Below are positions 59,483 through 64,000 of a stretch of DNA of 64,000 nucleotides, in pieces. Within the stretch, counting starts at the first letter, position 1. Every line of letters begins with the position of its first letter. Below the pieces are notes generated by a model. It was not told the origin of the DNA. It saw nothing but the letters and a program-made list of their open reading frames with translations, and made no database searches. This DNA comes from an uncultured Acidobacteriota bacterium. Lineage in GTDB: Bacteria > Acidobacteriota > Vicinamibacteria > Vicinamibacterales > JAKQTR01. Both the position numbers and the translations under genes were made by a program. The stretch covers positions 386,463-450,462 of the forward strand of contig CAWEYM010000004.1 of the NCBI GenBank assembly GCA_963813325.1. Reading direction: 5' to 3'.

Positions 59483-60883
59483 CTACCCGAGGAACTCGCG
59501 GGCGAAGCGCGTGAACGCGTGCACGTCGGCGAAGTTGCTGGCGATGCCGACCGACACGCGCACCGCGCCGCTGCTGCGCCCGTCGATGCAGCGGCGGAAG
59601 TCATCGAAGGTCATGCGATCGGTGGACCGCGCGAAGCAGGTCGTGAGCTCGCCCGCCGACAGGCCCAGGGCCAGTTCCCCGGCCCCGGGGTTGCAGAAGC
59701 AGCCTGAGCGCAGCGAGATGCCGCTTGCGGCCGCGCGCTGCTCGATCACCTGGTGATCGATGAACTGGCCGGACGAGTCGAAGAAGTTCATGGTCATCGT
59801 GCCGCCGCGGCTTTCCGTCGACGCGGGGCCGTACAAGCTGATGAGCGGCTTGCCGTTCGCGTGGGTGAGGGCCAACAGCTGGCCAATCAGCCATCCTGTG
59901 AGGCTGCGCACCCGCTCGTGGATGAGGTCGATCCCGACCGATTCCAGGTGCTGCAGGCCGATGTCCACTGCGGGCAGCCCGGTGTAGTCGAGGGTCCCGT
60001 CCTCGAACGCCGCCGGCCCGTGGGCGAGGTAGTGCCGGTCGGCGCCCACCGAGGCGACCGTAATCGTGCCCCCGGCGAACCAGGGCCGACGGAGCTTGGC
60101 GAGCGCCGACGCGCGCGCGATCAGCGCGCCCGCGCCAGTCGGGTAGCCGAACATCTTGTAGAACGAGAGGGACACGTAGTCCGGATGCCACTGCCTCAGA
60201 TCCAGGCGGTTCGTCGGGACGAAGGCGGCCGCGTCGAGCAGCACGTCCCAGCCCTTGGCATGCGCCCGCGTGGTCCACTCGATCGGGTGCTGGACGCCGG
60301 AGAAGTTCGACTGCGCCGGGTAGGCGAAGAGGTTGTGATGCCCGGCCCCGGCGAGGTCGAGGTACTGGTCGATTGCGTTGTGGTCCGCCCGCATGTCGGG
60401 CGGCCGCACGGGCACGTACGTGGTCTCCGCGCCCCTGGCCCGGGCGAACTCACGGATGCCGTTGACGGAGTTGTGGTTGTCGAAGGTGAGCAGGAAGTGT
60501 CCGCCGGGCTCGAACGGGTAGGCCTCGCCGACCAGCTTCAACGCGTGCGTGGCGTTGGCCGTGAAGATGACGGTGTACTCGTCGGGCAAGGCATTGAAGA
60601 AGTCCAGGACGTGACGGCGGCACTGCTCGACCAGCTCGGTCGCCCGCATCGAGGCAGGGCTCAACGAGTGGGGATTGCCGAACACCGTCGTTGCGAGGAT
60701 CCCGGCGTGCCGCCTGACCTGTGACTCCGCATACACACCGCCGCCCGTGTAGTCGAGGTACACCTGGTTCGCGGTGTCGAGGCGCGAATACTCGCGCCGG
60801 CGCAGATCATCGAGGGCGGACGTGGACGCATAGGCGGGCCAGTCGTGCTGGAACGCGGCGAAGGCATCGGCGGATTCTGACAT
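59483..60883 (-). CDS. Class V aminotransferase-fold PLP enzyme resembling the NifS-like domain of molybdenum cofactor sulfurase
   Basis: YLDYTGGGVYAESQV, FGNPHS, YTVIFTANATHALKLVGEAYPF, SFYKMFGYPTG (PLP Lys context), SLRSGCFCNPGAGE (active-site Cys loop). GGAGG RBS before ATG 60883. Confidence 0.85.
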   Translation of the reverse strand: MSESADAFAAFQHDWPAYASTSALDDLRRREYSRLDTANQVYLDYTGGGVYAESQVRRHAGILATTVFGNPHSLSPASMRATELVEQCRRHVLDFFNALPDEYTVIFTANATHALKLVGEAYPFEPGGHFLLTFDNHNSVNGIREFARARGAETTYVPVRPPDMRADHNAIDQYLDLAGAGHHNLFAYPAQSNFSGVQHPIEWTTRAHAKGWDVLLDAAAFVPTNRLDLRQWHPDYVSLSFYKMFGYPTGAGALIARASALAKLRRPWFAGGTITVASVGADRHYLAHGPAAFEDGTLDYTGLPAVDIGLQHLESVGIDLIHERVRSLTGWLIGQLLALTHANGKPLISLYGPASTESRGGTMTMNFFDSSGQFIDHQVIEQRAAASGISLRSGCFCNPGAGELALGLSAGELTTCFARSTDRMTFDDFRRCIDGRSSGAVRVSVGIASNFADVHAFTRFAREFLG

Positions 60884-61015
60884 CGGTCGACCTCCGGGCC
60901 GCCCAGGCGGCGGCCGCTCACAGGATACAGGCCGCACGCGGGCCGGCGGAAGCGCCAATCGATGGCGCGCAGGTGCCTTGCGGCACCGCGCCGGGTGCGG
61001 CGACAGGACGGCGTG

Positions 61016-62122
61016 TCAGCGCGACATCGGCCGCAGCTGATCGTCGAGTTCCACGGTCGCGACCACGCCGAAGCCCGGCCGGCTGCCGATCGCGAAGCGG
61101 GCGTCCCGGATGAACACGCGGTAGCCTCCCGTCCGGAGCGCGCGCACTTCGTAGCTCGGGAACCGGAGCCAGCCGCGCACGCCCTGGACCCCCGGGGCCT
61201 CGAGCGCGGCCTGCACCACGCGATCCGGTTCTCCGCGGGGAAGCGACGCGGGTGGCCTCGTGGGGTCAGGCCCCGTCATCCAGTTGACCGGCACGAACAG
61301 GTAGCGATCGGGCGTGACGACGATCACCTGCCGCGCCACCGGGTTGACGGGCACGGGCATCGCCGCCACGGTGGTCATGGTCCAGCCACGTCGCGTCCCG
61401 AGCGTCCTGACCTGCCATTCCGCGACGCGCGATCCGCCGATCATCATCATGATGTAGGCGGCGGTCAGCGCCAGCGAGATCACGGCGAACCTCGGGGCCT
61501 CCCTCGCCCGGCGGGCGAGGCGTGCCGCGATGAGGGCGGCGACCCAGCCCATCCAGATGGCCCGCGCGGCCAGGGGCACGAGGGAATTCGTGAGCACGAC
61601 GAGGCTGGTGGCCGCACCCACGAGGCTCCAGGCAGCGACGCCCGATCGCGACCGGGTCCAGGCCAGCATGACGGCGCCGCCCGCGAGCAGCCACAGCCAC
61701 GGGTCCACGATGAAGACCGCGTCGCCGTAGAACCATCTGCGGCTGAACGGCATCAGGAGGCGCACCCCGTAGGTGTTGAGCCAGTCGAGGAACGGGTGCG
61801 TCAGCAGGCCGAGGTAGGCGAGCGCCAGCAGCCAGCCGGCCTTGACCGCGGGCAACTCGGGACGGCGCCGGCGTCGCCAGTAACGATCGTACAGGACCAC
61901 GAGACCGACGAGGGCGGCTGGCAGCACGGCCATCGCCAGGACGCCATGCGTCAGGCCGCGCCGCAAGCCGAAGGCCAGGTCGGCATCGACCGCGTAGCAG
62001 GCGCCGTCGACATCAGGGAGATTCGCGGCGACGAGCAGTGTCGCGGCGGCGAGTGGCGTGCGGTGCTTGAGTCCTGTTTCCCCGAGGCAGGCTCCCACCA
62101 GAGTGTGCGCGAGTGGTTCCAT
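61016..62122 (-). CDS. Membrane-bound metal-dependent hydrolase (YdjM/DUF457-like) with a C-terminal extra domain
   Basis: Begins MEPLAHTLVGACLGETGL. Contains LPDVDG and THGVLAM. Several TM helices. ATG 62122 lies within a longer spurious ORF. Confidence 0.7.
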   Translation of the reverse strand: MEPLAHTLVGACLGETGLKHRTPLAAATLLVAANLPDVDGACYAVDADLAFGLRRGLTHGVLAMAVLPAALVGLVVLYDRYWRRRRRPELPAVKAGWLLALAYLGLLTHPFLDWLNTYGVRLLMPFSRRWFYGDAVFIVDPWLWLLAGGAVMLAWTRSRSGVAAWSLVGAATSLVVLTNSLVPLAARAIWMGWVAALIAARLARRAREAPRFAVISLALTAAYIMMMIGGSRVAEWQVRTLGTRRGWTMTTVAAMPVPVNPVARQVIVVTPDRYLFVPVNWMTGPDPTRPPASLPRGEPDRVVQAALEAPGVQGVRGWLRFPSYEVRALRTGGYRVFIRDARFAIGSRPGFGVVATVELDDQLRPMSR

Positions 62123-62219
62123 GGATATCCGCTCATTGTAGCCCGAGCGGACCACGGGCCGCCTCGGCGCACACGAGGGTACCTGCGGACGCGGCCGCGC
62201 CGCGTGTGCCGCCCGTCGT

Positions 62220-63008
62220 CTATCTGAGCGGGACGCAGGGTTGCGCGCAGAGTCCTCCCGCCACGACCGGCGCCTGGCCGTCGGCCCGCGCGCAGATGCC
62301 CCCTGTCGAATCCGTGCAGAAGGCCCGCCGCCCGGTGCTGCCGGGAACCAGCGGGACGGCCGTGTAGGCGTAGGTGGCCGCGGCACGCGAATCTCCGGCG
62401 GGGCCGGGCGCAGCCGGCCCCGCGTGCAGCGTGAAGCGGTAGCCGTTGCGCTCGGCGCGACGCAAGGCCGCGTCGGAGAGCAGCGGTTCCCTGTGCGCAA
62501 TCGCGGGCGCGCAGGTGACCGGCGAGAACAGGCAGGCAATCGCCGGCGCGAACCCGCCGGCGCCGGCGGAGGCAAACGCCATCTGCGCCAGGACCAAAGC
62601 GCGCAGGTCCGCGACCGCGGCTGCTTCATTGGCGTCGACCTGTGCCTGCTGGAGGTCCTCCTCGAGGGACGCCCACGTCTTGTCGGGCGTGAACTCCGCG
62701 ACATTCCACGGGCTCGACGGCGACACGGGCACCCGCTCGCGCTTCTTGATCTCGGGCCGCGTGATCAGGGCGATGCCGGTGCGCAGTGTGACGCCCGCCG
62801 CCCACTGAACCTCCACGTACCAGGCGCGATCTTCGTAGCCGGGGACCGGCGCCATCTGGGTGATCTCGAAAGGCTCGCCGGGCCGCTGCTCGCGGAGCTC
62901 CGGCGCCCGGGCCAGCGCCTGGACGGCGGCTTCCCGCGTGAGCGCGAGCGGATCCGGCGCCTGGGCTGGCGCGATCAGCCAGGTCAGCAGCACGACCATG
63001 AGCACCAT
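62220..63008 (-). CDS. Secreted hypothetical protein with a pilin-like C-terminal region
   Basis: Signal peptide MVLMVVLLTWLIAPAQA. The C-terminal half contains ANEAAAVADLRALVLAQMAF..GYRFTL..YAYTAVP..GRRAFCTDSTGGIC. Confidence 0.5.
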   Translation of the reverse strand: MVLMVVLLTWLIAPAQAPDPLALTREAAVQALARAPELREQRPGEPFEITQMAPVPGYEDRAWYVEVQWAAGVTLRTGIALITRPEIKKRERVPVSPSSPWNVAEFTPDKTWASLEEDLQQAQVDANEAAAVADLRALVLAQMAFASAGAGGFAPAIACLFSPVTCAPAIAHREPLLSDAALRRAERNGYRFTLHAGPAAPGPAGDSRAAATYAYTAVPLVPGSTGRRAFCTDSTGGICARADGQAPVVAGGLCAQPCVPLR

Positions 63009-63114
63009 CGGCTTATGTCTCTCCCTCTGGCGAGTCTAGGATCGCCTCCGTGGCGAGTCAACCCGCGTGGTATATTCCACGCGGCGCCGCGCAGCCAGCG
63101 CGTCTGGAGGTCCC

Positions 63115-64000
63115 ATGGAGTATCGCCTGCTGGGCCGGACGGGTGTTCGGGTGTCACCGCTCTGCCTCGGAACGCTGAACTTCGGCAGCGGCACCAGCGA
63201 AGCCGACAGTATCCGGATCGTGCATGCCGCGCTCGACGCCGGCGTCAACGTCGTCGACACGTCGAACAACTACAACGAGGGCCGCTCCGAGGTCATCGTC
63301 GGCCGGGCGCTCGCGGGCCGGCGCGATCGCGTGGTGCTCGCGACCAAGGTGCATGGCAAGGTCGGCGACGGCCCCAACGACCTGGGCAACTCGCGGCTCC
63401 ACATCCTCAAGGCCTGCGACGACTCGCTCCGGCGGCTCGGCACGGACTACATCGACCTGTACCAGGTGCACAGGCCCAGCCCCGAGATTCCCGTCGATGA
63501 AACGCTGGGCGCGCTCACCGATCTCGTCCGCGCGGGCAAGGTCCGCTACATCGGGTGCTCCACGCACCCGGCCTGGATGGTGATGGAAGCGCTCGCCGTC
63601 AGCGAGCGGCTGGGGTTCGCGCGCTACGTCAGTGAGCAGCCGCCCTACAATCTCCTGGATCGGCGCATCGAGAACGAGCTCGTGCCGCTCGCCGAGCGCC
63701 ACCACCTCGCGATTCTCCCGTGGGCCCCCCTCGCGCAAGGCGTGCTCGCCGGCCGCTACCCGGCCGCCGGGACACTGCCAGCCGACTCGAGAGCCGTGCG
63801 GATGCCCGGGACGATCTACTCGGAGCGGGTGACCACCCGCGGCATCGAGGCGGGGCGGCGGTTCGCCGAGCTGGCGCGTGCACACGGCCGGACCCCCGGC
63901 CAGCTGGCGCTCCTCTGGTGCAAGGACCAGCCGGCCGTCACGTCGCCGATCGTTGGCCCGCGAACCCTCGAACACCTGGAGGCGCTGCTGCCCGTCCTCG
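63115..64000 (+). CDS. Aldo/keto reductase, 3' end beyond the window
   Basis: This ORF is absent from the supplied track because it is open at the right edge. [52 protein letters not shown] and GKVRYIGCS are canonical AKR motifs. GGAGG RBS. Confidence 0.9.
   Translation, partial: MEYRLLGRTGVRVSPLCLGTLNFGSGTSEADSIRIVHAALDAGVNVVDTSNNYNEGRSEVIVGRALAGRRDRVVLATKVHGKVGDGPNDLGNSRLHILKACDDSLRRLGTDYIDLYQVHRPSPEIPVDETLGALTDLVRAGKVRYIGCSTHPAWMVMEALAVSERLGFARYVSEQPPYNLLDRRIENELVPLAERHHLAILPWAPLAQGVLAGRYPAAGTLPADSRAVRMPGTIYSERVTTRGIEAGRRFAELARAHGRTPGQLALLWCKDQPAVTSPIVGPRTLEHLEALLPVL

Overview
Very GC-rich bacterial chromosomal DNA, about 90% coding. I could support roughly 55 protein genes. I found no rRNA, tRNA, CRISPR array, transposase or integrase. 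The Gly/Pro/Ala-rich tails, ECF/DUF4097 modules and a pilin-like motif hint at an Acidobacteriota-like Gram-negative, but that is only an inference.

Gene content from left to right:
- An MtrA/MtoA-like decahaem cytochrome (cut by the window edge) and an MtrB/PioB-like porin. A strong terminator follows, then a monohaem cytochrome c and feoB-feoA.
- A redox-stress patch: hemerythrin-OsmC, DUF302, and a SigR/RsrA-like ECF sigma with a ZAS anti-sigma.
- Pyruvate:ferredoxin oxidoreductase (nifJ) with a DHOD-like flavoprotein.
- A co-directional tesA-ybbA-ybbP-like module.
- A dksA-like gene, an unknown gene and folK.
- A second module of ECF sigma, anti-sigma and DUF4097.
- A nitrilase-family protein that lacks the catalytic Lys.
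- An 11-kb, eight-gene efflux operon: CpxP-like, TolC, MFP, RND, MacA, a split MacB and a lipocalin-like gene.
- ispH, nfnAB, plsC, a ROK kinase and korAB.
- A 1,883-aa single-chain acyl-CoA carboxylase (biotin carboxylase-BCCP-carboxyltransferase) translationally coupled to a sugar-1-P nucleotidyltransferase and a galactokinase-like kinase. It converges on a tri-domain acyltransferase-ACP-adenylase that overlaps a LMW phosphotyrosine phosphatase.
- An ABC-2 exporter, ankyrin and miscellaneous genes, ending in a truncated aldo/keto reductase.

The most interesting leads are the carboxylase/sugar-activation/Aas-like lipid locus and the porin-cytochrome conduit next to the Fe(II) importer.

The many long antisense ORFs in the track are GC-driven shadow ORFs and were rejected. 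All homology calls come from motifs read by eye. No database search was run.
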